A DNA stretch of 64,000 bases from an uncultured Pseudomonadota bacterium (GTDB taxonomy: Bacteria; Pseudomonadota; Alphaproteobacteria; JACZXZ01), in contig CAVVLJ010000021.1 in the NCBI GenBank assembly GCA_963749075.1, positions 384,001-448,000 on the forward strand. Reading direction: 5' to 3'. Position 1 is the stretch's first letter. The number at the start of each line of letters is the position of its first letter. Both the position numbers and the translations under genes were made by a program. This document shows, in pieces, positions 9,763 to 19,268 of this stretch. Under the pieces are notes generated by a model. It was not told the origin of the DNA and made no database searches. It saw nothing but the letters and a program-made list of their open reading frames with translations.

Positions 9763-10394
9763 GCGCCGTTCCCCCGTGCCGCGAAATCCTGCAGGCGGAG
9801 CTCCCGCACCTCGCCGAGGCCGAGCGGCAGATGGCTCGCCACCAGGAGCAGCCCGCCCTTGGTGCGGTGGGCCGTAAGCGCCCTCTCGAGTGCGGCCAAC
9901 GCCTCCTCGTCGAGGCCGACGCTGGGCTCGTCGAGGAGCCAGAGCTCGGCGTCGGCAGTCAGCAGGCGGGCGAGGTTGAGGCGGCGGCGCTGCCCCGACG
10001 AGAGCATGCGCCCGGGCACCTCGGCGAGCGCTGCCAGGCCGAAATGCGCGAGCGCGCCGTCGACGGCGTCGCCCGAGCCATCCCGGAGCTCTGCCCAGAA
10101 GACGAGGTTCTCGCGCGCGCTCAAGACCGGCTTCACCGGGTCCTGGTGCCCGACGTAGACGAGCCGCGCGCGGTGCGCCTCGCGGTCCTCCGCGATCGCG
10201 GCACCGTCCCAGAGGAGGCGGCCCTCGGCCGGCGGCAAGAGGCCGGCGGCAATGCGCAGCAGGCTCGATTTGCCGCTGCCGTTGGGGCCGGAGAGCAGCA
10301 GCGCCTCGCCGGAGCGGAGCGAGAGTGCGAGCCCGGCGAACACCAGGCGCTCGCCGCGCACGCAAGCGACATCCTCGGCCTCGAACAGCGCCAT
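9759..10394 (-). CDS. ccmA: Heme ABC exporter ATPase CcmA
   Basis: CVRGERLVF, GPNGSGKS, LSSGQRRR, WLLDEP. Confidence 0.95.
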   Translation of the reverse strand: MALFEAEDVACVRGERLVFAGLALSLRSGEALLLSGPNGSGKSSLLRIAAGLLPPAEGRLLWDGAAIAEDREAHRARLVYVGHQDPVKPVLSARENLVFWAELRDGSGDAVDGALAHFGLAALAEVPGRMLSSGQRRRLNLARLLTADAELWLLDEPSVGLDEEALAALERALTAHRTKGGLLLVASHLPLGLGEVRELRLQDFAARGNGA

Positions 10395-10463
10395 GGGCTC
10401 CTTGAATAGCGGCAAGTGCCCTCTCTCGTCACAGGAATTCGTCGCTTGCCGGAAGCCGGGCGC

Positions 10464-10590
10464 AAAAGAAAGCAGCCGGCGGTGTGAGCCGCCGGCTGCA
10501 AGGGGGTGCCGGGCCTAGGCGGTCCGGCTCCGGAGGCTGAGGGGGCAGCCTCTGGCAAAGAGGGGAGGTCTTTACCGGGGGTGATCCTGG
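10464..10590 (-). ncRNA. Candidate multi-hairpin small RNA with C-rich loops and intrinsic terminator
   Basis: Minus strand: GGTAAAGA-CCTCCCC-TCTTTGCC; GAGGCTG-CCCCCT-CAGCCTC; a third hairpin; then GCAGCCGGCGG/CCGCCGGCTGC-TTTCTTTT. Confidence 0.5.
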
Positions 10591-10730
10591 CGTCGGAATG
10601 TGACCCGCCTGCGCCTGAAATAGGGCATTTATGTGATTTTTAGGCGCCGGATTCGGGCGCGGGCGCGTAGATTAACAGATTGTAATGAAACGGTTTTTCC
10701 AAGATGGTGCAATTTTGCGCCGATCCCCGG

Positions 10731-10860
10731 TCCTTCGAGACGCGCCCCTTCGGGGCGCTCCCCAGGACGAGGTCGAATTGCGTGTGGCAAAAAGGCTCGA
10801 ACTCATCCTGAGGGGCGAGCGAAAGCGAGCGTCTCGAAGGACCCGCCGCCCTCAGTCCGG
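10731..10860. repeat. Repeat family B copy
   Basis: TCCTTCGAGACGCGCCCCTTCGGGGCGCTC...CTCATCCTGAGG...GTCTCGAAGGAC...CAGTCCGG. Confidence 0.85.
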
Positions 10861-10910
10861 TACACCGCACTTATTTTGCAACGCCCTCCTGCGGCCTGCT
10901 AGGCTTGGGC

Positions 10911-11369
10911 ATGGCGGCGGCACCGACCATCGCGATCGAGGATCCCGATCAGCCCGAGCTGCACGCGCTGCTCGAAGAGGCGGACGATTTCTATGCCGGG
11001 CTCTATCCGCCAAAGCGCAACCACCTCCTCGACGTGGCCGAGCTCAAGGAGCCGGGCGTGGCGCTCTACGTGGTGCGCGCGGAGGGCCGGGCGGTCGGCT
11101 GCGGCGCCTTCGTGAGCCACGGCGGCTGGGGCGAGATCAAGCGCATGTATGTGGCGCACGCGGCGCGCGGGCAGCGCCTCGGCCGCCTGGTGCTTGCGGC
11201 CCTCGAGGCCCACGCGAAGGAGGCGGGCATCGCTGTCATCCGCCTCGAGACCGGCACCAAGCAGCTCCCCGCCCTCTCGCTCTACCGCTCGGCCGGCTAC
11301 CGCCCGCGCGGCCCCTTCGGCGGCTACCCCGCCGACCGCACCAACGTCTTCATGGAAAAGCCGCTCTGA
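10911..11369 (+). CDS. GNAT family N-acetyltransferase
   Basis: VGCGA...EIKRMYV...ARGQRLG...RLETG...ALSLYRSAGY. Confidence 0.92.
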   Translation: MAAAPTIAIEDPDQPELHALLEEADDFYAGLYPPKRNHLLDVAELKEPGVALYVVRAEGRAVGCGAFVSHGGWGEIKRMYVAHAARGQRLGRLVLAALEAHAKEAGIAVIRLETGTKQLPALSLYRSAGYRPRGPFGGYPADRTNVFMEKPL

Positions 11370-11381
11370 GGGACGCCGGCG

Positions 11382-12639
11382 CTAGTCGTTCTTGCGCACG
11401 TCGTCGATGACCTTGCCGTCGTTGGGCAGCGTGCCGGGCGCCGCCAGGGCGACGTCGGCGCGCAGCTTGGCGATCTCGTGGAAGCTCTTGGCCACTGCCT
11501 CGACGAGCGCCGCCGCAGGCGCGCCGCGCACCTCGCAGGCGAGGGTGGCGGTATCGAGGAGATCGCGGCGGTCGATGGTGAGGCGGGCCCTGAGGATCTC
11601 GGGATGGCGCTTCGCCACCTCGGCGATCTGGCCCGGGCGCACGAACATGCCGCGCAGCTTGGCCGTCTGGTCGGCGCGGCCCATCCAACCCTTGATGCGG
11701 AGAGCTGTGCGGCCGCAGGGGCTGGCGCCCGGGAGGAGTGCCGAGAGATCGCCGGTCGCGAAGCGGATGAGCGGATAGACGCGGTTGAGCACGCTCGCCA
11801 CCACCTCGCCGACCTCGCCGGGAGCCACCGGATCGCCGGTGCCCGGGCGCACGAGCTCGAGGATGACGCCCTCGTCCGCGATCATGCCCTCCTTGGCCTC
11901 GGATTCGTAGGCGACGAGGCCGAGGTCGGCGGTGGCGTAGCACTGCAGCACGCGCATCCCGTGGCTCTCGATGGCGGCGCGCAAGGAAGGCGGCAGCGCC
12001 TCGCCGCTGACGAGGGCCTTCTTGAGCGAGCTTGCGTCGAGGCCGAGCTCGCCCGCCTTGTCGAGGAGTATCTTGAGGAAGGAGGGCGTGCCGCTATAGC
12101 CGACCGGGCGCAGCTCCGCGATGACGCGGGCCTGGAGCTCGCTCTGGCCCTGTGCCGCCCGGGATCACCGCGCAGCCGAGGGCCGCGGCACCGTCCTCGA
12201 GCATCGCCCCCGCCGGGGTCAGATGGTAGGAGAAACCGTTGTGCACGAGATCGCCCGGGCGGAAGCCGGCGGCGAAGAGGGCGCGCGCCAGGCGCCAGTA
12301 GTCCTTCTCGCCGCCCTCGGGGTCGTAAATGGGGCCGGGCGAGGCGAAGATGCGGCGGAGACCGGAGGGCGGCCGGGTGACGAGGCCGCCGAAGGGGGGT
12401 ATCGCGCGCTGCAGCTCCATGAGCTCGGACTTGCGCGTGAGCGGCAGTCGCGCGAGGGCCGCGCGGTCGGCGAGTGCTGCCGCATCCACGCCCTCGAGGA
12501 TGCGCGCCCAGCCGGGCGCCTTCGCCTTCGCCTCGGCGACGAGCACGCGCAATGCTGCGAACTGCGCCTTCTCGCGCGCCTCGGGCTCGCGCCTCTCGAG
12601 CTCGTCGAAATAAGCGCTCGACGCTGCCACGGCGCTCAC
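11382..12639 (-). CDS. Phenylacetate-CoA ligase family protein; apparent +1 frameshift at ~12148-12150
   Basis: The N-part (FASPGPIYDPEG, FSYHLTPAG) joins the C-part (YATADLG, RFATGD, GRADQTAK) if one base of a CCC run is removed. Confidence 0.82.
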
Positions 12640-13448
12640 GCGAGCCAGCGCTTGCGCCGCTTATAGTGCTTGACCTCGCGGTAGCTGCGCCGCCGCTCGC
12701 CGGCGAGGCCCAAGTAGAACTCCTTCACGTCCTCGTTCTGGCGCAGCTTCTCGGCAGGTCCATCGAGCACGATGCGGCCGTTCTCGAGGATGTAGCCGTA
12801 GTCGGCGTAGCGCAGGGCGAGGTTGGTGTTCTGCTCGGCGAGCAGCAGGCTCACCCCCTCCTTGACGTTGAGCTCCTTGACGATGGCGAAGATCTCCTCG
12901 ACGAGCTGGGGGGCCAGGCCCATCGAGGGCTCGTCGAGCAGCATCATGGTCGGCCGCGACATGAGCGCGCGGCCGATCGCCACCATCTGCTGCTCGCCGC
13001 CCGAGGTATAGCCGGCTTGCGAGGCGCGGCGCTCCTTGAGGCGGGGGAAGTAGCCGTAGACGAGCTCGAGATCGCGCGCGATGGCGCCCCGCCCGTCGCG
13101 CCTGGTGAAGGCGCCGGCGAGGAGGTTTTCCTCCACGGTCAGGTGCTCGAAGCAGTGGCGCCCCTCCATCACCTGGATGACGCCGCGGCGCACCAGCTCG
13201 TTGGGCGAGAGGCGGTCGACGCGCTCGCCCTTGAACTCGATGGCGCCCTTGGTGACCTCGCCGCGCTCGGCGCGCAGCAGGTTGGAGATGGCCTTGAGCG
13301 TCGTGGTCTTGCCCGCGCCATTGGCCCCGAGGAGGGCGGTGACGCCCCCCTCGGGAACCTGGAGCGAGACGCCCTTCAAGACCAGGATCACGTGGTCGTA
13401 GATGACCTCGACGTTGTTGACGGCGAGGAGAGGAGGCGCCTCTGCCAC
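12636..13448 (-). CDS. LivF-type ABC ATPase
   Basis: GANGAGKTT, SGGEQQM, LLDEPSMGLAP. Confidence 0.93.
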   Translation of the reverse strand: MAEAPPLLAVNNVEVIYDHVILVLKGVSLQVPEGGVTALLGANGAGKTTTLKAISNLLRAERGEVTKGAIEFKGERVDRLSPNELVRRGVIQVMEGRHCFEHLTVEENLLAGAFTRRDGRGAIARDLELVYGYFPRLKERRASQAGYTSGGEQQMVAIGRALMSRPTMMLLDEPSMGLAPQLVEEIFAIVKELNVKEGVSLLLAEQNTNLALRYADYGYILENGRIVLDGPAEKLRQNEDVKEFYLGLAGERRRSYREVKHYKRRKRWLA

Positions 13449-13467
13449 GTTAGAGCGTCTTTGGCCG

Positions 13468-13578
13468 CCTCGCCCTTCGAGACGCGCGCTTTGCGCGCTC
13501 CTCAGGGTGAGGCGGCCCCCACGTTTGGCGGATTTCCTCATCCTGAGGAGGGCCGCAGGCCCGTCTCGAAGGATGAGG
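13468..13578. repeat. Repeat family B copy
   Basis: CCCTTCGAGACG...CTCAGGGTGAGG / CCTCATCCTGAGG...GTCTCGAAGGATGAGG. Confidence 0.85.
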
Positions 13579-13610
13579 AAATCGCTTCGCTGACATGTGC
13601 GATCAGGCGT

Positions 13611-14948
13611 TCACTGGGACGCCAGCTCCTTCGAGCAGTCGCGCGGCTTGAAGCCCTTCTCCTTGGCGTAGGCGAGGGCCGACTCCTTGTACATCTCGCG
13701 CAGCATGCCGCGCTCCGGCACGATCCAGTCGGTGATGGTCTTCCAGTGCTGGCCGTCCCACTGCTGCATCTTGGCGTTGCCGGCGCCCTCGTGGTCCTCG
13801 CAGGAGAGCTTGATGCCGGTCAAGAGGCCGTCCGCGCCGAGCGCCTTGATGCGCGCCTCGGTGATGTTGAGGTTCTCGAGACCCCAGCGCACCTGCTCGC
13901 CGGTCAAGGGCTTCTTGCCGAACTTGCCCTGCGCCGTGCGGATCGCCTCGGTGTCGTAGATGGCGTTGACCACGCCGCGGTCGTAGAGCACCTCGCCGAC
14001 CTTGGCCTTGGTGGTGTGGCCGCCGCCCTTGGCGTAGACGTACTTGAGGATGTCCTGGACGACCGGGAAACTGTCGCCGACGCCGGTGAAGTTGGCGGCG
14101 AGATAGCCCTTAGCCGCCGCCCCCGCCGGCTCCACGTCGGGCTCCGCACCCGACCACCAGATGCCGATGAAGTGGTCCATGGGGTAGCCCACGTTGGCGG
14201 CCGCCTTGATGGCCGTCGAGTTCATGACGCCCCAGCCCCACATCAAGACCCAGTCGGGCTTCTGCTGGCGGATCTGCAGCCAGGTCGCCGTCTGCTCGAT
14301 GCCGGGAGGCGAGACGGGGAACTTGGAGAAGGTGAAGCCGAGCTTCGCGGAGAGCTTCTCGAGCGTGGCGATGGGCTCCTTGCCGTAGGCGCTGTCGTGG
14401 TAGACGAGGGCGATCTTCTTGCCCTTGAGGCTGGCCATGCCGCCTTCCTTGCCGCCGATGTACTGCACGATGGCGTCCGCCCCCGCCCAGTAGGTGATCG
14501 GGTAGGTGAAGACGTAGGGGAAGACCGGCCCGTAGCTCGCGTCCGCCCGGCCGTAGCCCATGGAGACCACCGGTATCTTGTCGGCGGTGGCGCGCTCGAT
14601 GAGGGCGTAGGTGATGCCGGTCGAGAGCGGGTCGACCAGCGAGGCGCCGGTCGGGGCATGGCCCTTGAGGCGCTCGTAGCACTCGACGCCCTTGTCGTTG
14701 TTGTAGGCGGTCTCGCACTCCTCGTAGGTGATCTTGACGCCGCCCACCCCGCCGTCGCGGGCGTCGATCATGTCGAGATAATCGTCGTAGCCGTCGGCGA
14801 AGGGAATGCCGTTCGGCGCATAGGGACCCGTGCGGTAGACGAGGCGCGGGATGAACTGCTCGTTCTGCGCCATGGCCTCGGTAGCACCGAGCGTCCAGGC
14901 GACGGCCCCGATGGCGGCGAGGCCAACCAGGAGTTTGCGAAAGTGCAT
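13611..14948 (-). CDS. Branched-chain/fatty acid-type ABC substrate-binding protein
   Basis: Signal peptide; YRTGPYAPNG, EECET...KGVECYERLK, HDSAYGKE. Confidence 0.9.
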   Translation of the reverse strand: MHFRKLLVGLAAIGAVAWTLGATEAMAQNEQFIPRLVYRTGPYAPNGIPFADGYDDYLDMIDARDGGVGGVKITYEECETAYNNDKGVECYERLKGHAPTGASLVDPLSTGITYALIERATADKIPVVSMGYGRADASYGPVFPYVFTYPITYWAGADAIVQYIGGKEGGMASLKGKKIALVYHDSAYGKEPIATLEKLSAKLGFTFSKFPVSPPGIEQTATWLQIRQQKPDWVLMWGWGVMNSTAIKAAANVGYPMDHFIGIWWSGAEPDVEPAGAAAKGYLAANFTGVGDSFPVVQDILKYVYAKGGGHTTKAKVGEVLYDRGVVNAIYDTEAIRTAQGKFGKKPLTGEQVRWGLENLNITEARIKALGADGLLTGIKLSCEDHEGAGNAKMQQWDGQHWKTITDWIVPERGMLREMYKESALAYAKEKGFKPRDCSKELASQ

Positions 14949-15185
14949 GAAACCCTCCCTTGCATTGCGTAAAGCCACTGCCGGGTCGTGCGCTGAGGCA
15001 GGCCTTGGACGGCTCGTTACCGGCAACTGCGGGGAGGGTAACATTGGCGAGGTTAGGGGCGCAAACGGTCTATCAGTGGGGAGGTCGGGTGGAGCTGGCG
15101 AAAGGTCGGCTGACCCGGAGCGGGCACCTGGCCGGACGGGATCGGGCCGCGGCTCGTAACCTGAACTGGTTGCCGGCCTCTATAG

Positions 15186-15696
15186 TTACGCCGCCGGATC
15201 GTCAATGATCTCCGAGCCTATCACTTCTGGTTCTGTTTCCAGGTTAATGACGAAGACAACCAAGTTCAAACCCGCTGCTCGTGCGGAGGGAACAATCAAT
15301 CCGTCATGTTCGAGCCACGCTGCGGCCTGTCCCACCTTTCGACATGCGCTATGGTCGGGATCGGCGAGCGCTGCGTGGTCGATCCCGAGTTCCCGTAGCA
15401 TTGCTTCGTCACTCAATCGAATCACGGAGCGGAGAGTGACGCGAATTCGGTGCAGCACGCGCTTGACGCGGAGAGGCACGGATTGTGCGGCGATCAGGTA
15501 ATTGCCCTCAGCGAGCGCCGTCGCTCGTTCGAGAACTCGAGTAAAGGGCGTCAACGCCGGGTGGATTCCATCGGGCACCGCGCGTATTGGGCAGGAGCGG
15601 ATCACGATCACCGAGAATGTGACGATAGACCGTGCCGCTCCAAGGTCCAGGTTCCAGCCGTTGAAGCTTGTCGACGAGGGCTTTTTCGAGAGCCAC
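15186..15696 (-). CDS. RES-domain toxin; apparent +1 frameshift at ~15534
   Basis: VYRH...GARWNPPGVDALYSS then LERATALAE...GLIVPSARAAGLNLVVF in the adjacent frame. Confidence 0.8.
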
Positions 15697-15710
15697 GTCT
15701 TGGTCCGCTG

Positions 15711-16049
15711 TTACACGTACGCTCCCGTCTTAAGTTGCTCGATCACGCCGAGAACATCGTCCAGTTTGCCATCGTGAATCCGCTTCTCAGGAGTCTCTCC
15801 CCCAAGAAGCCGATGCGGCGAAAATAGCCACAGCTTGGCCTCTTCCGGCGAATAAAATTCCGACAACTCGGTTACCAACCATTCGAGCGTGAGCAACCGC
15901 TGCAGCCGGTTGGGTTGAGGTTCGGCGCGGCCCTGCCGCCATCGCGACACCGTCTCAGGCGTCGTGTCCAGCATTCGCGCGACGTCGCGGGATTTTATGC
16001 CGGCCCGCTTCTTGATCGAATCGAGTCGATTTGCGAGCGCACTCGCCAT
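15711..16049 (-). CDS. HTH + MbcA/ParS/Xre-type antitoxin
   Basis: DVARMLDTTPETVSRW HTH; WLFSPHRLLGGETP C-terminal motif; directly upstream of the RES gene. Confidence 0.88.
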   Translation of the reverse strand: MASALANRLDSIKKRAGIKSRDVARMLDTTPETVSRWRQGRAEPQPNRLQRLLTLEWLVTELSEFYSPEEAKLWLFSPHRLLGGETPEKRIHDGKLDDVLGVIEQLKTGAYV

Positions 16050-16164
16050 AACCAAGATCTCCCTTTGTGCGCGAGCTGGTGCGGCCCTGAGGCCGGCTAT
16101 GCCTTGTCGCAACTTAAATGTGCCGATGCGACGACGGTACAGGCGCAACCCCACGAGCCCTCGC

Positions 16165-16212
16165 ATTGATGAATCTATTGACGCTATGGATGACGTTACC
16201 ATTGACGTATAA
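16165..16212. promoter_or_regulatory. Four 12-bp-phased direct repeats (core ATTGACG), candidate operator
   Basis: ATTGATG at 16165, ATTGACG at 16177, GATGACG at 16189, ATTGACG at 16201. Confidence 0.55.
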
Positions 16213-16215
16213 AGT

Positions 16216-16449
16216 TCACAAGGTCCTAGAGGACCCTTTGGCCCTTCGGAGCGCGTTCAGAGCAATCCCAAAGGAGGTATCCTCGAATTTCTCGTTTGCG
16301 CTGTGCCAAGGTCCAGCGAAGCCGTCGACGTACACGACATGTGAGTATGCACTGGCTGTCTTGTGGACGAGAGCCTCGAGATAGCTCTGAAGAAATACGT
16401 GCTTAACGTAGGTTTGCTCACGACCGGCATAATCGTGAAGCGAGACCAT
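16216..16449 (-). pseudogene. Truncated three-Cys-motif partner protein (TcmP) N-terminus
   Basis: YAGREQTYVKHVFLQSYL...YVDGFAGPW...DTSFGIAL; stops after 77 aa; follows DUF5131. Confidence 0.75.
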
Positions 16450-16450
16450 C

Positions 16451-17200
16451 TCACTCGGCCGCGATTGCGCACGAGGCTGGAGGACGCGGGAATTGGCTCC
16501 ATTCCCGCCCGTCGAGCTCACGTCCGCCCGATTTCGGACGCAGCCCTCCCCATTGCTTGAAGAAAAAGGCGACGCCCCTCTCGAGGCACTGGTCGCGTAC
16601 CTCGCGCACCCATTCGGGATCCATGGGGCGGGCGCCCGGGCCGCTTTCGCCGCCGACGATCACCCAATCGATCCCGGCAAGGTCGAGTTTGCCAACGGGC
16701 CCGATCAGCGGCTCGATCGAGAGAAAGCGCACACCGGCCGGGGTTTCCTGAAGGTGCCGGATGCGGGATTTTTTGCTGCCGTCCTCTACGGAGACGCCGA
16801 ACCACATGTGGAGCGGGCCGCGCGCGCGGGCGTAGCGTCGGCGCAGGAAGTCGCGCATAAGGGACGAGCGCTTTGTGAGGACCTGAAAGGCGTGCCAGGG
16901 CGCGCGCTCCATCGTGTCGCACACGCGGGCGATGAAGTCCTCAGGCACCTCCTTATGAAAGAGGTCGCTCATGGAGTTGACGAAGATCATTCGAGGCGCA
17001 CGCCAGCAGAGAGGCTGTTCGAGACGCTCGGGACGGAGCGTCAGATCGAAGCCCATTTCGAACGGATGGCCGGAGGTCCCGCGGAAGCGCTCGGAGAAGC
17101 GCTCGGCATAGCAGTGGTCGCAGCCGGCGCTGATCTTGGTGCAGCCGGTCACCGGGTTCCAGGTCGCATCCGTCCATTCGATTGACGTGGCGATGCTCAT
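16451..17200 (-). CDS. DUF5131 (phage Gp37/Gp68-like, three-Cys motif) protein
   Basis: TSIEWTDATWNPVTGCTKISAGCDHCYA, FVNSMSDLFH, FQVLTKR, WVIVGGESG, FFFKQWG. Confidence 0.95.
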   Translation of the reverse strand: MSIATSIEWTDATWNPVTGCTKISAGCDHCYAERFSERFRGTSGHPFEMGFDLTLRPERLEQPLCWRAPRMIFVNSMSDLFHKEVPEDFIARVCDTMERAPWHAFQVLTKRSSLMRDFLRRRYARARGPLHMWFGVSVEDGSKKSRIRHLQETPAGVRFLSIEPLIGPVGKLDLAGIDWVIVGGESGPGARPMDPEWVREVRDQCLERGVAFFFKQWGGLRPKSGGRELDGREWSQFPRPPASCAIAAE

Positions 17201-17369
17201 GGCGCTCTCGAACAAAACAGGAACATACCACAATCAGGAGCGCAGATTAAGCAATTTGTCTCCGCGAGGCACGCACCGTTCGGCCCGACAATGTGTCCCC
17301 GCGCCAGATGCGCCTTACGAGAACCTCCGCTTCCGACCCGACCGGCTGCCCGGACGGCCCAGCTGCAAT

Positions 17370-18104
17370 TCAGCCCTGCGCCCCTGCCCCGCTCGCCGAT
17401 ACCTTACCCCCCCACGTCTCGATGATCTCGGCGTGCGTCTTCACGATCGCGTAGTCGGTGATGTAGCGCATGGCGTCGTCCGTTCGCTCGAGGCGGCTCG
17501 CCCGGAGGCAGTCCCGGACGGCGACGCGGAGGTAGCCGAGATGAGCGGCGGTGATGAGCGTCGGCACGATGCCGACCTCGGCACCCAGGCCCAGGATGAT
17601 GATCGTGCGGAAGCCGTTCCAGCGGAGGAAGGCGTCGAGCGTGGTGGCGAAGAAGGCGTCGGGCCGGTATTTCCGGATCACCCAGTCGTCCGCCTCCGGC
17701 TTCACCGGCTCGAACACCTGGTTGCCCCAGGTGCCCTCGACGGTCGAGATGTCGCGGTATTCGTCCTGCTCGGGCGGCGCTCCCCAGCCGGCGTCGCGGT
17801 AGGCGGTGGACGGCAGGCTCGGAGGATCGTCGGGCCCGCTCGCGTGCGGCCGGCCCCAGATGTTCTGGCTTCTGCCGTCGGCGAAGCTCGTCCAGGTGAG
17901 ATAGGCGACCCGCACGCGGGCCTTCCGCGCGGCAGCGATGAGCGTCGCCGTCGCGGGCACGATCGCGGAGACATCCATTCGCATGCCGATCCGGTCGAAC
18001 TTGCCGCCCGGTGCCACGAAGGCGTTGAGGAGCTCGTGCACGAGAAGGATGGTGTGCTTCGGGTCGATGATCTCCGCAAAGGTCCTCAGCTTGTAGCCGG
18101 TCAT
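17370..18104 (-). CDS. Isochorismatase/cysteine hydrolase family protein
   Basis: IDPKHTILLVHELLN, GTWG, IRKYRPDAFFAT; the usual nucleophilic Cys is not evident (AEVGIVPT). Confidence 0.8.
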   Translation of the reverse strand: MTGYKLRTFAEIIDPKHTILLVHELLNAFVAPGGKFDRIGMRMDVSAIVPATATLIAAARKARVRVAYLTWTSFADGRSQNIWGRPHASGPDDPPSLPSTAYRDAGWGAPPEQDEYRDISTVEGTWGNQVFEPVKPEADDWVIRKYRPDAFFATTLDAFLRWNGFRTIIILGLGAEVGIVPTLITAAHLGYLRVAVRDCLRASRLERTDDAMRYITDYAIVKTHAEIIETWGGKVSASGAGAQG

Positions 18105-18185
18105 GGCGTGATTGCTCCGCGCGCGTCGGTGGGGATCGGGTGGACGAGAGGTGGCCCCAAATCTGATTTGCGCCCCGCCCGCCCC

Positions 18186-19265
18186 TCAATAAGGAAACGG
18201 CCACGTCCTCAGCTTCTCCTTCCCGGTCTGCCAGAGCCGCGCCAGGCCGTTCGGCTCGACGATGAGGAAGAAGATGATGAGCGCGCCGAAGATCATGAAT
18301 TGCAGGTTGGTGACGGTGGTGACCTTGATGTCGATGCCGAGAAGCGGCGGCACGTTGATGAGGAGGATGGGCAAGAGCACGATGAAGCCGGCACCGAGGA
18401 ACGAGCCGAGCACGCTGCCGAGGCCGCCGATGATGATCATGAAGAGGATCTGGAAGGAGCGGTCGATGTCGAAGGCGAGCGGCTCGACGCTGCCGGTATA
18501 GACGAAGGCCCAGAGCGCGCCCGCGATGCCGATGTAGAAGGAGCTCACGGCAAAGGCGAGGAGCTTGGTGCGCAAGGGCCGGATGCCGACGATCTCGGCC
18601 GCGATGTCCATGTCGCGGATGGCCATCCAGGCGCGGCCCGTGGCCGAGCGCGCCATGTTCTTGGCAGCGAGCGCCAGCACCACCACGATGGTGAGGGCGA
18701 AGAGGTACTTGCCGAGCGGCTGCGCCTCGGGCCCGGTCACGAAGGCGTGGCCGAAGACCGCGCGCGGCGGTGCCGAGATGACGCCCGAGCTCGAATAATT
18801 GTTGAACCAGGGTATGCGGTTGAAGAGCCAGATGAGGAAGAACTGCGCCGCGAGGGTGGCGACCGCGAGATAGAGGCCCTTGATGCGCAAGCTCGGGATG
18901 CCGAAGAGGATGCCGACGCCGGCCGAGGTGAGGCCGGCCAAGAGCAGGACGACCACGATGTGGAGCCCGGGAAAGCCGGTCGAGAGCTTGAAGGCCGCAA
19001 ACGCCCCGACCGCCATGAAGCCGCCGGTGCCGAGCGACACCTGACCCGCATAGCCGGTCAGGATGTTGAGTCCCAGGGCGGCGAGCGAATAGACGAGGAA
19101 GGGTACGAGGATGGTGCTGAGCCAATATTCGTTGGCGACGAGCGGCACGGCGACATAGGCGGCGGCGAGGAGCAGCGCCAACGCGATGCGGTCCTGCAGG
19201 ATGGGGAAGATCGCCTGGTCGGCTGAGTAGCTCGTCTTGAACTGTCCGGCCTCGCGATAGAGCAT
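18186..19265 (-). CDS. LivM-type ABC permease
   Basis: MLYREAGQFKTSY, GLNILTGYAGQVSLG, GLYLAVATLA. Confidence 0.93.
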   Translation of the reverse strand: MLYREAGQFKTSYSADQAIFPILQDRIALALLLAAAYVAVPLVANEYWLSTILVPFLVYSLAALGLNILTGYAGQVSLGTGGFMAVGAFAAFKLSTGFPGLHIVVVLLLAGLTSAGVGILFGIPSLRIKGLYLAVATLAAQFFLIWLFNRIPWFNNYSSSGVISAPPRAVFGHAFVTGPEAQPLGKYLFALTIVVVLALAAKNMARSATGRAWMAIRDMDIAAEIVGIRPLRTKLLAFAVSSFYIGIAGALWAFVYTGSVEPLAFDIDRSFQILFMIIIGGLGSVLGSFLGAGFIVLLPILLINVPPLLGIDIKVTTVTNLQFMIFGALIIFFLIVEPNGLARLWQTGKEKLRTWPFPY

Positions 19266-19268
19266 CGC

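Noticed and set aside
10670-10686. Possible CtrA site (TTAACAGATTGTAA)
   Set aside because: Spacing and second half-site do not match TTAA-N7-TTAA.
16451-17200. Prophage suggested by the Gp37/Gp68-like gene
   Set aside because: No structural, terminase, integrase or replication genes nearby.
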